From: a virus
Lineage: Duplodnaviria > Caudoviricetes
Virus record (IMG/VR): IMGVR_UViG_3300034523_000297
Location: 1 to 60,067 of that record
DNA: 60,067 nucleotides
Direction: 5' to 3' (one strand)
The position numbers were made by a program, and so were the translations under genes. The stretch's first letter is position 1, and each line of letters opens with the position of its first letter. Shown piece by piece: positions 46,366 to 56,157 of this stretch. The notes under the pieces were generated by a model. The model had not been told where the DNA came from and did no database searches. It saw only the letters and a list, made by a program, of their open reading frames with translations.

Positions 46366-46782
46366 ATGAGTGTTGATGCATACGCCGGGATCGACCCGGC
46401 ACGGAAACGCTGCTGCGCCGTTGGCGAGGCGGATGCCCATAACGTGATGGAGGCGTTGCGGGATGGCCTGATTGTCGTCCCGGTTTCGGTCGATACGGCC
46501 AGGATGATTTGGGGTAGTGAGCCGGTTGATATCTACGCCATCGCCCTTGGCGGAAGCGTAACTCCCGCCAAGGTGGAAGGCCTAAGCGCCCAGCAAATTG
46601 AACGGTTTCGTCAGATCGTTCAGGAGATCTCGACCGACGAGAAAGTTAGCTTCGATGAGGCATTCTCAATCGCTTCAAATCACCTGGCCTACTGGGTCAG
46701 CGAGATGCCCAAGGGGCGACAGGCTTCAGGTGGCAGCAAGGCTCATGCTGGTGAAAGCCATGCCGACCAAGTTTCTGACTGA
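46366..46782 (+). CDS. Hypothetical early protein
   Basis: GGGAG RBS; 138 aa. Confidence 0.55.
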   Translation: MSVDAYAGIDPARKRCCAVGEADAHNVMEALRDGLIVVPVSVDTARMIWGSEPVDIYAIALGGSVTPAKVEGLSAQQIERFRQIVQEISTDEKVSFDEAFSIASNHLAYWVSEMPKGRQASGGSKAHAGESHADQVSD

Positions 46783-47027
46783 GATACGAAAATCCACGGC
46801 CCGCCAGGACCGGAAAGCGGAGTAGCGAGCCCTCTTATCCGCTCGCGAAGCGCGGTTATTTCAAGGTTGCTTGATCCGTAATAGGTGCCGATTGGGAGTT
46901 TTCGCAACGTCCCGTCTGAGAACGCAATTGTCTTCATCAGCCCCAACGCCTCCATCCCAGCATGAAGATCATCGTAGTCGTCCCATCCGGCCTTCAGTAA
47001 CTCAACCCGAACCATGTAATCCGCCAT
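46743..47027 (-). CDS. GhoS/DUF2622-like protein
   Basis: MADYMVRVEL...YDDLHAGMEALG...LPIGTY pattern; AGGA RBS. Confidence 0.65.
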   Translation of the reverse strand: MADYMVRVELLKAGWDDYDDLHAGMEALGLMKTIAFSDGTLRKLPIGTYYGSSNLEITALRERIRGLATPLSGPGGPWIFVSQSETWSAWLSPA

Positions 47028-47210
47028 ACCGATGTTCCTTATCTCGACTGTGGAGATCGGAGCATAGGGTTTTCCCTCGACTGTGGAAAGCGAGGAAACA
47101 GGGAGCCTGCCCCTGCAAAAACAGGCACTCACAACGTTGCAGACGATTCCCCGGTGCGCCCCAAGCGGGGCGCATCAGGGGGAATCCACTGAATAGCAGA
47201 GGGCAAGACA

Positions 47211-47423
47211 ATGTCAGGCACGTTCGAGCAAGGCTGGGCAGCGCGTCCCTTCGCGCAGCAGTTCCCGGGAATGAACGCGGACGAGGCAAAGCGCCTTGAC
47301 CACATCAATACCTCCATCACCACGCTGTATCTGGCGGGGCTGCTCACCGACAAGCAGGCGAACGAGATCCGCACCAAGAAATTCCCCAAGGTCGTCACCA
47401 AGGCGGTCCTGGGCAAGAGCTGA
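47211..47423 (+). CDS. Hypothetical early protein
   Basis: RBS and 70-aa ORF after a hairpin. Confidence 0.55.
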   Translation: MSGTFEQGWAARPFAQQFPGMNADEAKRLDHINTSITTLYLAGLLTDKQANEIRTKKFPKVVTKAVLGKS

Positions 47424-47482
47424 TTCCCTGACAGCCGGAAAGACGGCCCGATGCCCTGCTCCCCATCGCAGGGTGTGATCGG

Positions 47483-47604
47483 GATGCGACTTGTAGTTTG
47501 CCTCGGCGGATCAGGGGCGCCACACCAAGCTGGTGCGGTCAGTTAGGTAGCGCTGCCGAAGCTGGCGTAAGTCTTTGGGGTTCGAATCCCCGCCAGGTCG
47601 CATC
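47483..47604 (+). ncRNA. tRNA-like structured element
   Basis: T-arm GGGG-TTCGAAT-CCCC (47577-47591); closing stem GATGCGACTTG / CAGGTCGCATC; longer than a standard tRNA. Confidence 0.4.
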
Positions 47605-47739
47605 ACCGATACACCCCGCATCCCCTTCCTTCACATCGACCGCATCAGACAGGTGCCAGTACTGCGCTCTCACGGCGCGCAGAGGTTGGTCGCCTGCGCT
47701 GGCATCTGCCTCATGCGGTTGGCTACTGAGGTTCACACG

Positions 47740-48009
47740 ATGAGCAAACCAACTGGCGGCCCGGCATTCCCAGTGCCAGGCCTGCAGGACGACGAAACCT
47801 TCAATGGAATGACCCTGCGCGACTACTTCGCGGCTCAGGTCGATGTTTCGGACGAAGTCGGCGTCCGCTACGCGGAGGCAATTGTCGGTCGCGCAATGCC
47901 TGACTTCGCATCGGCGCCGCTGGACAACATCGCTTTTTGGGCAGATTACCGTGCGATCAGTCGCTACATCGAAGCGGATGCAATGCTCGCCGCCCGGGTG
48001 AAGCCATGA
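47740..48009 (+). CDS. Hypothetical phage protein
   Basis: GGPAFP...GMTLRDYFAA...ADAML family motif. Confidence 0.7.
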   Translation: MSKPTGGPAFPVPGLQDDETFNGMTLRDYFAAQVDVSDEVGVRYAEAIVGRAMPDFASAPLDNIAFWADYRAISRYIEADAMLAARVKP

Positions 48010-48440
48010 ACAAGCTCGGTTACTGCGAGGGTGAACCCTGCGCCCGCGACGGCTGCGAAGGCTCCATCGAAATTGAGCCGGTTAAGGATTGCAGCTGCCA
48101 CATCGCCGCACCTTGCTGGAATCACGAAAACGCCGACATGCATTGCCCTGATTGTGGGTGGCGCGCAGCCGATGACCCTCTCTGTGTTCGCGAAATCGAA
48201 TCCATCAGCCTGGGCGCGCCTCTCCCATACATTCAGACAAAGCCACGCGTGCTCGATCCGACCAAGATCGATTGGGTGGACAAGCCTTACAGCAGCAGCT
48301 CGATGATCAAGGAAGGCGTGTTCCCCATCGGTACCACTTCCAAGGAAGTCGAGGACAAGGTGCGCGGAACCTTCGGCGGGCGCTTTGAGCGATTCGACGC
48401 GAAGAACGGCCTTTTCAAGTACATCGCATACACCGACTGA
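48006..48440 (+). CDS. Cys-rich hypothetical protein
   Basis: Coupled start MNKLG; CSCH and CPDC motifs. Confidence 0.6.
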   Translation: MNKLGYCEGEPCARDGCEGSIEIEPVKDCSCHIAAPCWNHENADMHCPDCGWRAADDPLCVREIESISLGAPLPYIQTKPRVLDPTKIDWVDKPYSSSSMIKEGVFPIGTTSKEVEDKVRGTFGGRFERFDAKNGLFKYIAYTD

Positions 48441-48461
48441 ACCCACCACCTGGAGGCGACC

Positions 48462-48716
48462 ATGGCTCGCGAGCATGAGCTCTACGCAGACAGTGCCCAG
48501 GCCCGCGAGATCGACCGCCAGTACCAGCTCTTTGGTGACTCGTCGTGGGTTGACCATATGACCTCGGAGCAGGCCCGGGCAAACAACGAGGCCTGGAACA
48601 CGATGATCCGCGAGCGCGATGAACGCCAGCGGGCAGACAGCCGCAGAGTGATCGGATCGGCTCTCGACAGGATGGAAGCCATGTGCGGCTCAGGTGCCGC
48701 CCGGAGGACAGCATGA
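48462..48716 (+). CDS. Hypothetical protein
   Basis: GGAGG RBS. Confidence 0.6.
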   Translation: MAREHELYADSAQAREIDRQYQLFGDSSWVDHMTSEQARANNEAWNTMIRERDERQRADSRRVIGSALDRMEAMCGSGAARRTA

Positions 48717-48943
48717 ACAAGGGTACCCGTCAGGCGGTGGTCGACATCATCGACTCCCGCTTCACAGCGATCTGCGCGAACTTCAACGAGATCCTGCGCG
48801 GCGAGTTGGTCATGGCCATCGACCTGGCCGGCCTCACCGGCGCCATCGACCTGGCCGAACAGCGTAGCTACACCGAGCGCTTGAACCGCATCATCGAGCG
48901 CGAACACGAGCGATGGATGGAAGCCAACGGGAGAGTGGCATGA
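48713..48943 (+). CDS. Hypothetical protein
   Basis: GGAGG RBS; ATGA coupling. Confidence 0.6.
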   Translation: MNKGTRQAVVDIIDSRFTAICANFNEILRGELVMAIDLAGLTGAIDLAEQRSYTERLNRIIEREHERWMEANGRVA

Positions 48944-49206
48944 GCACAGCACCTGTGAAGTCCTTGATCGATGAGCAGCTGGAGCAGATCGAGCGCAGCC
49001 TGGCCATGTTCGGAGCCGGAGTTTCGCGCGACCTGCCGGAATCCATGGCCATGCCGACCGATCGCGTCATGATGCTGTTCAAGGGACCGACCTTCGCTGC
49101 CGCGGTTCACGAGGCCGAACTGGCCAGCATCGAGAACCCTCTGGCCTGGAAGTGCCGGGCCTGCATCTGTGGCGAGTGGACCGTGGGATATGAGGTGCGG
49201 GTATGA
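48940..49206 (+). CDS. Hypothetical protein
   Basis: ATGA coupling; MSTAPVKSL start. Confidence 0.55.
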   Translation: MSTAPVKSLIDEQLEQIERSLAMFGAGVSRDLPESMAMPTDRVMMLFKGPTFAAAVHEAELASIENPLAWKCRACICGEWTVGYEVRV

Positions 49207-49655
49207 GCGAGCTAATTGAAGTGAATGTCGGCGACCTGAAAGGGCCGGCTCTTGATTGGGCGGTAGCCCATGCGACCAAGGCATGGGAATGGGCGCACAA
49301 CTGGTTTCCTACCATGACCCTTGATCCTACGTTCTCCGGTATTTCGGACGACGCGTGCGGGGTCGACGGTGCCGTGGTTTTGATTCCCCGAAACGCAATG
49401 CGCCAAGAGCCGCAAGAGTTCAGGCCAAGCCTTGACTGGAGCCAGGGTGGAAGGCTGATCGAGGAACACGGAATCAAGATCGAAAGATCTGTGAACGGTT
49501 ACACGTGGTATGCCGGCTGGCTTATCCCTGGCATTGGCTGGAATCAAAAGCATCAAATGTGGGATGGCGAAACAGCCCTTGAGGCAGCCTGTCGCGCCCT
49601 TGTGGACTTGAAGCTTGGCAACGAGGTCAAGGTACCCAGGCAGCTCTTACCATGA
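49203..49655 (+). CDS. NinX/DUF2591-like phage protein
   Basis: LKGPALDWAVA, PSLDWSQGGRLIE, GETALEAACRA motifs. Confidence 0.75.
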   Translation: MSELIEVNVGDLKGPALDWAVAHATKAWEWAHNWFPTMTLDPTFSGISDDACGVDGAVVLIPRNAMRQEPQEFRPSLDWSQGGRLIEEHGIKIERSVNGYTWYAGWLIPGIGWNQKHQMWDGETALEAACRALVDLKLGNEVKVPRQLLP

Positions 49656-49930
49656 CCAGCTACCAGCGCGCCCGCCGCTTCTCCATGTGGCGCGGAAGCT
49701 TCATCACCCTCTCCTTGTGCACCGCATGGATGCTCGCAAGCGCTTACGCAGGCTGCATCACCTCCTGAGGTAACCATGAACACAACACCCCGCCTGGCCG
49801 CCCAGCTCGACTGGATGACGGTCGGATCGTTCTCGCCTGAGCGGTACCAGGGCGATGAGCGCAAAGAGTACGAAGAAGAGGCCGCTCGCATTGAGCGGCA
49901 GTGGGACAACCAACCCAGCTGAGGTGCCGC

Positions 49931-50563
49931 ATGGCAACCGTAACCCTGATCCTCGGCAAGTCCGGGGCCGGCAAGAGCGCGTCGTTGCGCAACTTCAAGC
50001 CTGATGATGTGGCTTTGGTCCAGGTCATCAAAAAGCCGCTTCCCTTCCCCGGCTCTAAAGCGTGGAAGTCCTATGTCACCGACAACTGGGTCAAGGTCAT
50101 CGGCGCCTGCCGCCAGACCAAGCGCAAGGTGATCGTGATCGACGACTTCCAGTACATCCTGGCCAACGAGTTCATGCGCCGGAGCGAGGAGAAAGGGTTC
50201 GACAAGTTCACCGAGATCGGCCGGCACACCTGGAACATCTTCGAGGCACTGCTCGGTCTGCCCGATGACGTTCGCGTCTACATCCTTAGCCACACCGAGG
50301 AGACGGACGCCGGTCAGATCAAGATGAAGACCATCGGCAAGATGCTGGACGAGAAGATCACGCTGGAAGGCATGGTCACCATCGTCTTGCGCTCTGTGGT
50401 CAGCGACGGCCAGCATCTGTTCAGCACCCGAAACAACGGGTCGGACACCACCAAAGCCCCGATGGGCATGTTCAACGAGGCGATGATCGATAACGACCTC
50501 GCCTTGGTCGATGCCGCGATCTGCGAGTACTACGACCTCACCAACACAACTCAGGCCGCATAG
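49931..50563 (+). CDS. AAA_24 / Sak4-like recombination ATPase
   Basis: GKSGAGKS and IVIDD motifs; next to SSB-like and exonuclease genes. Confidence 0.85.
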   Translation: MATVTLILGKSGAGKSASLRNFKPDDVALVQVIKKPLPFPGSKAWKSYVTDNWVKVIGACRQTKRKVIVIDDFQYILANEFMRRSEEKGFDKFTEIGRHTWNIFEALLGLPDDVRVYILSHTEETDAGQIKMKTIGKMLDEKITLEGMVTIVLRSVVSDGQHLFSTRNNGSDTTKAPMGMFNEAMIDNDLALVDAAICEYYDLTNTTQAA

Positions 50564-50574
50564 GAGCCTTCTGA

Positions 50575-51228
50575 ATGTTCAATCTGGACGCAAATGCCGC
50601 GCGATCCGCGGACAACAAGTCAGCATTCATCGACGAGGCAGGCAAGTTTATTGGCGAGTTCCTGCGCGCCGAATACATGGAGAAGCAGGACACAGGTTCT
50701 ACCGGTATCGGCTTCACCTTCAAGAGTCGCGACGGGGCTGAGGCGACCTTCTACCTCAACCTGACCTACCAGCACGGCACCCGAAACGAGGGCGGCTACG
50801 CCATGATGAACGCCATCATGGCCTGCCTGCAGCTGCGCACAGTCGGAGCGCCACAGCCAACCCAGTTCGAGAAGTGGAACAACGACACCAAGCAGCGTGA
50901 GCAGGTAACCGCCCCTGGCTTCCCCGAGCTCCTGAAGAAGCCAATCGGCCTGCTCATCCAGATGGAGATCGAGAAGAGCAGCCAGACCGGCATGCCGCGA
51001 CCGATCATTTACGCGCCATTCAGCGCCGAATCGGAAAAGACGGCATCCGAGATCCTCGACCCGCGTTGCACTACCCCAGCGAAGCTGGAAAAGATGGTCC
51101 AGCAGTTGATGAAGAAGCCAGTGCATGACCGTCGACCGAAGTCAGCGCAGGTATCCAGCGGATACGCCCAGCAAGACAACTACGACTACGGCGCACCGCC
51201 TGACTTCTCAGACGAAATCCCGTTCTGA
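50575..51228 (+). CDS. Putative single-stranded DNA-binding protein
   Basis: Follows the Sak4-like gene; acidic C-terminal tail DFSDEIPF. Confidence 0.65.
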   Translation: MFNLDANAARSADNKSAFIDEAGKFIGEFLRAEYMEKQDTGSTGIGFTFKSRDGAEATFYLNLTYQHGTRNEGGYAMMNAIMACLQLRTVGAPQPTQFEKWNNDTKQREQVTAPGFPELLKKPIGLLIQMEIEKSSQTGMPRPIIYAPFSAESEKTASEILDPRCTTPAKLEKMVQQLMKKPVHDRRPKSAQVSSGYAQQDNYDYGAPPDFSDEIPF

Positions 51229-51291
51229 TTGCTCATGAGCAGCAGTCCAGCCCGCTGCTGCCACCCCTTCCTCTTCCGCGATGGACCTCAT

Positions 51292-51957
51292 ATGACCGCC
51301 TACATTTTCGACTCTGAAACCACCGGCCTGAACAACCCCGAGTTAGTTGAGGCCGCCTGGCTGCAGCTCGGTGCCGGCCTGGCCGTAACCGGCGAGTTCT
51401 TGCAGCGATACAAGCCATCCAAGCCCATCGAACTGGGCGCCCTGGCGACCAGCCACATCCTGGACGAAGAGCTTGTCGACTGCCCGCCGCATGATTCCTT
51501 CAAGCTGCCCGAGGACGCCACCTACCTAATCGGTCACAACGTGGATTACGACTGGAGTGTGATCGGCAAGCCGGATATCAAGCGCATCTGCACCAAGGCC
51601 CTAAGCTCAATGCTTTGGCCCGACGCTGACTCGCACACCCAGTCGGCGATGATCTATCTCCACTACCGGTCGGAAGCTCCCGAGCTTCTGAGAAACGCCC
51701 ACGCCGCGCTTGATGATGTGAAGAACTGCCGTCGCCTCCTGGCCGCCATATTCAGCACCCTGAAGGCGCAGCTGGGGCGACCGGTGGCCAGCTGGGAAGA
51801 ACTCTGGGAAATCTCCGAAGACGCTCGCATCCCGAAGGTCATCCGCTTCGGCAAGCATGCCGGCTCGAAGATCGAAGACATCCCGCGCGACTACAAGCGC
51901 TGGCTGCTCGGCCAGGCCGACATCGATCCATACCTGCGGAAAGCTCTGGAAAAATAA
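51292..51957 (+). CDS. DEDDh 3'-5' exonuclease (ExoX-like)
   Basis: FDSETTG, GHNVDYD, AHAALDD, FGKHAG. Confidence 0.9.
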   Translation: MTAYIFDSETTGLNNPELVEAAWLQLGAGLAVTGEFLQRYKPSKPIELGALATSHILDEELVDCPPHDSFKLPEDATYLIGHNVDYDWSVIGKPDIKRICTKALSSMLWPDADSHTQSAMIYLHYRSEAPELLRNAHAALDDVKNCRRLLAAIFSTLKAQLGRPVASWEELWEISEDARIPKVIRFGKHAGSKIEDIPRDYKRWLLGQADIDPYLRKALEK

Positions 51958-51960
51958 GCC

Positions 51961-52149
51961 ATGGCACTCGCAAACATCCTTGATCTGCTCCAGCGCCGGA
52001 AGGAACTGGAGCAGCACCTGCAGCTGCTGTTCAACCGCAGTTGCCAATGGGGCCGCGCCGAACGTGTGCGCGGCGCCGCCACCATCGAGAACCTGACCCA
52101 GCAACTGGTCGAGGTCACCGAGCAGATCGAAACGGCGCGCGCGGCATGA
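51961..52149 (+). CDS. Hypothetical protein
   Basis: Small coupled ORF. Confidence 0.5.
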   Translation: MALANILDLLQRRKELEQHLQLLFNRSCQWGRAERVRGAATIENLTQQLVEVTEQIETARAA

Positions 52150-52230
52150 GGCGGATCAACAACCTGGTCCGCCAGCGCCGGCGGCAAGAACAGTTCCACC
52201 TGCCGCCAAGCGGCCTATCGGAGCACCGAA

Positions 52231-52596
52231 ATGCAGAAAGCCCCCTCTGGAGTCGTCACCCTGCCGTCCTGGATGAATCGCCCGGTCAAGAAGCTGTACA
52301 ACACTCGCAGCGGCGGCCAGTACCGGCCTGATGATGTGGCCCTGGCCTTTGCGCTGAGCCTGAAGTTTCACGACAGCGCCGATGAGCTGCGCAAGCTGGC
52401 CCGCCGCCTGGTCGACAAGGTCTGCCTGGAGCACCAGCCGAACATGAAGCGCCTGGCCCGCGAGCCGGACGACGCCAAGGTGTTCGACGCCGCGCTAAAG
52501 ATCATCAACCGGGTATGCGACCTGCTGGATATCAGCCCGGGCACCCGCTTTGTGCGCAATGGAGGCGATGATGGCTCTGACGCCGAAGCAGCGTGA
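52231..52596 (+). CDS. Hypothetical protein
   Basis: GGAG RBS; 121 aa. Confidence 0.6.
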   Translation: MQKAPSGVVTLPSWMNRPVKKLYNTRSGGQYRPDDVALAFALSLKFHDSADELRKLARRLVDKVCLEHQPNMKRLAREPDDAKVFDAALKIINRVCDLLDISPGTRFVRNGGDDGSDAEAA

Positions 52597-53134
52597 TCAG
52601 CGCAGGCGAGATAAGCAGGAGCGCCTGGGCGAGCAAGATTTGCGCTTGAAGGTGACCTCCACCCACGCCAGCCAGCTTGCTGAACTGATGTCCTGGGGCG
52701 AGATTGAGGAAAGCGGCGAAGCGCTCACCTTGCTGATCTACAACGCCCACAAGCTGGGCCGTTCGAAGTTTCCATTCTTCGCCGTCGGCGCCCGCCTTGA
52801 GATTGAAAGCGACCAGCACATCAAAGCAGATCGAACCGAAATCAGGCTCATGGCAAGGCGCGGCACCATCCAGCAGCTCGATGAAATGGGCGAGTGGATC
52901 AATGCCACCGACCGAAGTTTCATCGTCCGTACGCTGATCGAGCGCGCCCATGCGCTTGGGCCGATTCAGGCCCTCACGCTGCTGTCGCTGCCTCCGCGCC
53001 ACAAGTACGCAGTCAGCAATTCCGTGGCGCGGGCGCTGGATCAATGGCGAATGCAACGTGAATTTCGTGCGCCAGACATCAGGCTTGGCGCTGACCCTGA
53101 CGACAAAGGCCTGCTGCTGCTCGCCAACGTCTGA
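52568..53134 (+). CDS. Hypothetical protein with internal duplication
   Basis: GGAGG RBS; two similar L..L...AH.LG segments. Confidence 0.6.
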   Translation: MMALTPKQRDQRRRDKQERLGEQDLRLKVTSTHASQLAELMSWGEIEESGEALTLLIYNAHKLGRSKFPFFAVGARLEIESDQHIKADRTEIRLMARRGTIQQLDEMGEWINATDRSFIVRTLIERAHALGPIQALTLLSLPPRHKYAVSNSVARALDQWRMQREFRAPDIRLGADPDDKGLLLLANV

Positions 53135-53197
53135 CTCGCGCTGCCCGCCAGCGCCTTCCCCTATTCAACGATAACGCCGACCCGGCGAGGATCGACC

Positions 53198-54742
53198 ATG
53201 CCCATCACCTACGGAAGCGTCTGCAGCGGCATTGAAGCTGCGACCGTGGCCTGGCACGTGCTTGCCTGGAAGGCCGCGTGGTACGCCGAGATCGAGCCAT
53301 TTCCGTGCGCGGTTCTGGCTCACCACTACCCGGACACGCCAAACCACGGCGACATGACCCGCCTGGCAGCCATGGTGCTTTCCGGCAAGATCCAGGCGCC
53401 CGAGGTGCTGGTCGGCGGAACGCCCTGCCAGGCCTTCAGCGTGGCAGGTATGAGGGAAGGCCTGGCCGATCCGCGCGGGGCCCTCACCATCAAATATGTG
53501 GAGCTGTTCGATGCAATTGACCATGTTCGAACCATGCGCGGCGAACCCGAGGCCGTCTGCACCTGGGAAAACGTCCCCGGCGTCCTCTCCGACAAAGGCA
53601 ACGCGTTTGGCTGCTTCCTCGGCGCCCTGGTGGGCGAGTCCGAAGAACTCCAACCGCCAGGGGGCAAATGGAAGGACGCTGGTTGTGTGTATGGACCCAC
53701 GCGAACAGTCGCATGGCGGGTTCTGGATGCCCAATATTTCGGCCTGGCCCAACGACGCCGCCGTGTGTTCGTTGTCGCAAGTGCTCGAGCAGGGTTCGAT
53801 CCCCTCGAAGTACTTTTTGAGCGCGAAGGCCTGCGCCGGGATACTCCGCCGCGCCGAGGCGAGGGGCAAGACCTTACCGGACGAGCTCCATTCGGCCCTG
53901 CGCTCCAGTGCGGCTGCGGATGGGTCTTTGGCTTAGACCTTGGCCAGTACGGATGCCCGAATTGTGAGGGTGATGAAGGACCAGCGGTTGAGGTTCTGGC
54001 CGGCGTTCCTGCTTACGGCGGCCACAGCCTACAGGGTGATGTCAGCCAGGCCGCCACACTGACGGCCAAGGACACCAGAATGGACATGGAGAGCGAGACG
54101 TTTTGCATCGCACCGACCATCACCGGAGGCGCAAGAAAGTCGGGCGGCTACAGCCATGACGATATCCCAATGGTCGCTGGCACCTTGCAGGCAAACGGCA
54201 AAGCGGCCGGCAGCGCCACTCAGCAGGACGCCGAGAACGGCATGCTGGTGGTGCACGGCACGCAGGATCCCGATGTTCTCCACGGCCTGGCCCATCCTCT
54301 GGGCAGGAACAGCGGGCAGGAGAACGCTCTGCTTGCTTTCAGCTGCAAGGACCACGGCGCCGATGCCGGCGATCTGGCCCCGACGCTTCGTGCTATGGGA
54401 CACGGCGCCAGCCACCCCAACGCCGGCGGCCAGGTCGCAGTGTGCATTACTGGCGAGATAACCCACACGCTGAAGGCCGAAGGCTTCGATGCCAGCGAGG
54501 ATGGAGCCGGCCGTGGCCAGCCAATGGTCCAGGGGGGATCTGGTGTTCGACGGCTCACCCCGTGTGAGTGCGAATGGCTCCAGGGCTTTCCTGGCGACCA
54601 CACCCGAATACCCTATCGCGGCAAGCCCGCCGATGATTGCCCGGACGGGCCGCGCTACAAGGCGATCGGCAACAGCAAGGCCGTATTCGTCGTTCGCTGG
54701 ATCGGCCGGCGCATCCAACAACAACTTGAACGTCTCGCTTGA
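53198..54742 (+). CDS. C5 cytosine DNA methyltransferase
   Basis: SVCSGIEA, GGTPCQAFS, WENVPG, QRRRRVF, RRLTP, IGNS. Confidence 0.95.
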   Translation: MPITYGSVCSGIEAATVAWHVLAWKAAWYAEIEPFPCAVLAHHYPDTPNHGDMTRLAAMVLSGKIQAPEVLVGGTPCQAFSVAGMREGLADPRGALTIKYVELFDAIDHVRTMRGEPEAVCTWENVPGVLSDKGNAFGCFLGALVGESEELQPPGGKWKDAGCVYGPTRTVAWRVLDAQYFGLAQRRRRVFVVASARAGFDPLEVLFEREGLRRDTPPRRGEGQDLTGRAPFGPALQCGCGWVFGLDLGQYGCPNCEGDEGPAVEVLAGVPAYGGHSLQGDVSQAATLTAKDTRMDMESETFCIAPTITGGARKSGGYSHDDIPMVAGTLQANGKAAGSATQQDAENGMLVVHGTQDPDVLHGLAHPLGRNSGQENALLAFSCKDHGADAGDLAPTLRAMGHGASHPNAGGQVAVCITGEITHTLKAEGFDASEDGAGRGQPMVQGGSGVRRLTPCECEWLQGFPGDHTRIPYRGKPADDCPDGPRYKAIGNSKAVFVVRWIGRRIQQQLERLA

Positions 54743-54751
54743 GGTATCCCC

Positions 54752-55588
54752 ATGCCCACAGAAAACCGATCCAGCAACACCGACCCACGCGATGTGTTCA
54801 TCAGGCTCAACCCGCTCGGCCTGGGCGAGGCTGAGCTGCGCAAGGGCAGCACCGGCTTCGAAGACCAGCGCACCCACAGCGACTACCTTCTGTTCCTGGC
54901 TGGCTACCGCGAAACGCATTCAGAGTCCCTGCAGCACACCGAGCAGCACCAGGGCGAGCCGGTGGCGCTGCCTGCGCGCATCAACATGACCAAGCTACCT
55001 ACCGAACAATCGAGTCGCTATCACATCGGTGAGCGTCATGGTTGGAACGCCTGCCTCGACGAAATCGCCAAGCTGGGGCCGCTGTACACCCGCCCGGTGC
55101 AGGGCGAGCCGGTGGCGTGGCAGGATCCTGACAACGACAGTCGTATGTGCACGGCTGAGCATAAGGCCTATGCACTTTCGAAAGGCGGAGCGCCTGCAGC
55201 CGCACTAGCCACGCTGACTCGACCGCTCTACACCCGAGCCGATCCTGCCGAGATTGAGCGGCTGACAGAACAGCTTGAGGTCGCCAACCAAACAATCGCA
55301 TACGCTGCACGGCAGGCAGAGGAAAAGCAAAAGGTCACCGACGCCCTGATGGCCGACGCCAAGCAATTCAGGGGTGAGCGCGACACCCTGCGCGCCCAGC
55401 TGGCCGAGCGGGATGCGCTGCTGCGCGAACTGGCAGACGCGCCGCCAGCCGCTATGGAGTTCAGGTTGCAGCAGAAGGTGAAAGCTGCCCTATCCGCCAG
55501 CGCAGAGCCGGGCGCGCCGGGGGTTCTGCCGCGAGCGCATGACGTCAACATGTTCCAGCGCACCGCACAGCCAGGAGCGAAGTCGTGA
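54752..55588 (+). CDS. Mosaic hypothetical phage protein
   Basis: MPTENRSS start; repeated QGEPVA and PLYTR modules. Confidence 0.65.
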   Translation: MPTENRSSNTDPRDVFIRLNPLGLGEAELRKGSTGFEDQRTHSDYLLFLAGYRETHSESLQHTEQHQGEPVALPARINMTKLPTEQSSRYHIGERHGWNACLDEIAKLGPLYTRPVQGEPVAWQDPDNDSRMCTAEHKAYALSKGGAPAAALATLTRPLYTRADPAEIERLTEQLEVANQTIAYAARQAEEKQKVTDALMADAKQFRGERDTLRAQLAERDALLRELADAPPAAMEFRLQQKVKAALSASAEPGAPGVLPRAHDVNMFQRTAQPGAKS

Positions 55589-55809
55589 AAACGCACTTCG
55601 CACCATTCACCGACCTGGAAGACATTGAGCAGGCGCCCTGCGGTACCTGGCTGGGTGAGGCCAGCGAGCTATCAGGCGACTGGGCAGAAGTCGATTGCCT
55701 GCTCTGCCAGAAACGCAAGGACAGGATCATCGCAGCCGCAGCAGAAGAAGAACGCTTCATCGTCGAGCAGATGGGCGACATGGCAGCATTCATGCGCGCA
55801 CAAGGCTAG
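55585..55809 (+). CDS. Hypothetical protein
   Basis: GTGA coupling; CG and CLLC motifs. Confidence 0.6.
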   Translation: MKTHFAPFTDLEDIEQAPCGTWLGEASELSGDWAEVDCLLCQKRKDRIIAAAAEEERFIVEQMGDMAAFMRAQG

Positions 55810-55857
55810 ACCGCTACGGAGCACATCTGTACTCCACCCCGGTGTAACCAATCCGCC

Positions 55858-56157
55858 CTATCCCGAGCAGGCAACCTTGTCGAATTTCGGCTGGGTATCC
55901 GTGGCGATACGGCGAGCGCGACCTACGCCCCAGGCCAAAGCCCTGGTCATGGATTCACCGGGACGGGAATCGAACGCCTCTTCGTGAAGGGCCATGCCAC
56001 TCGCGGCATATACTCCAATGAACATCTGCGTGTTACCCGTCCGCGACAATCGCACCTGAACATCAATGACCGTTCCATCCTCGAGTTCTTCGTCATGAGT
56101 TCGGTGGTGAAGCGTTGGATCAGCCCACTCCCAGAAAACTTCACCGCGAATCCTCAT
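55858..56157 (-). CDS. Hypothetical moron protein
   Basis: AGGAGG RBS; antisense to the early operon. Confidence 0.65.
   Translation of the reverse strand: MRIRGEVFWEWADPTLHHRTHDEELEDGTVIDVQVRLSRTGNTQMFIGVYAASGMALHEEAFDSRPGESMTRALAWGVGRARRIATDTQPKFDKVACSG

Noticed and set aside
53198-54742. C5 methylase as part of a restriction-modification system
   Set aside because: No adjacent endonuclease; orphan methylases in phage early regions are common
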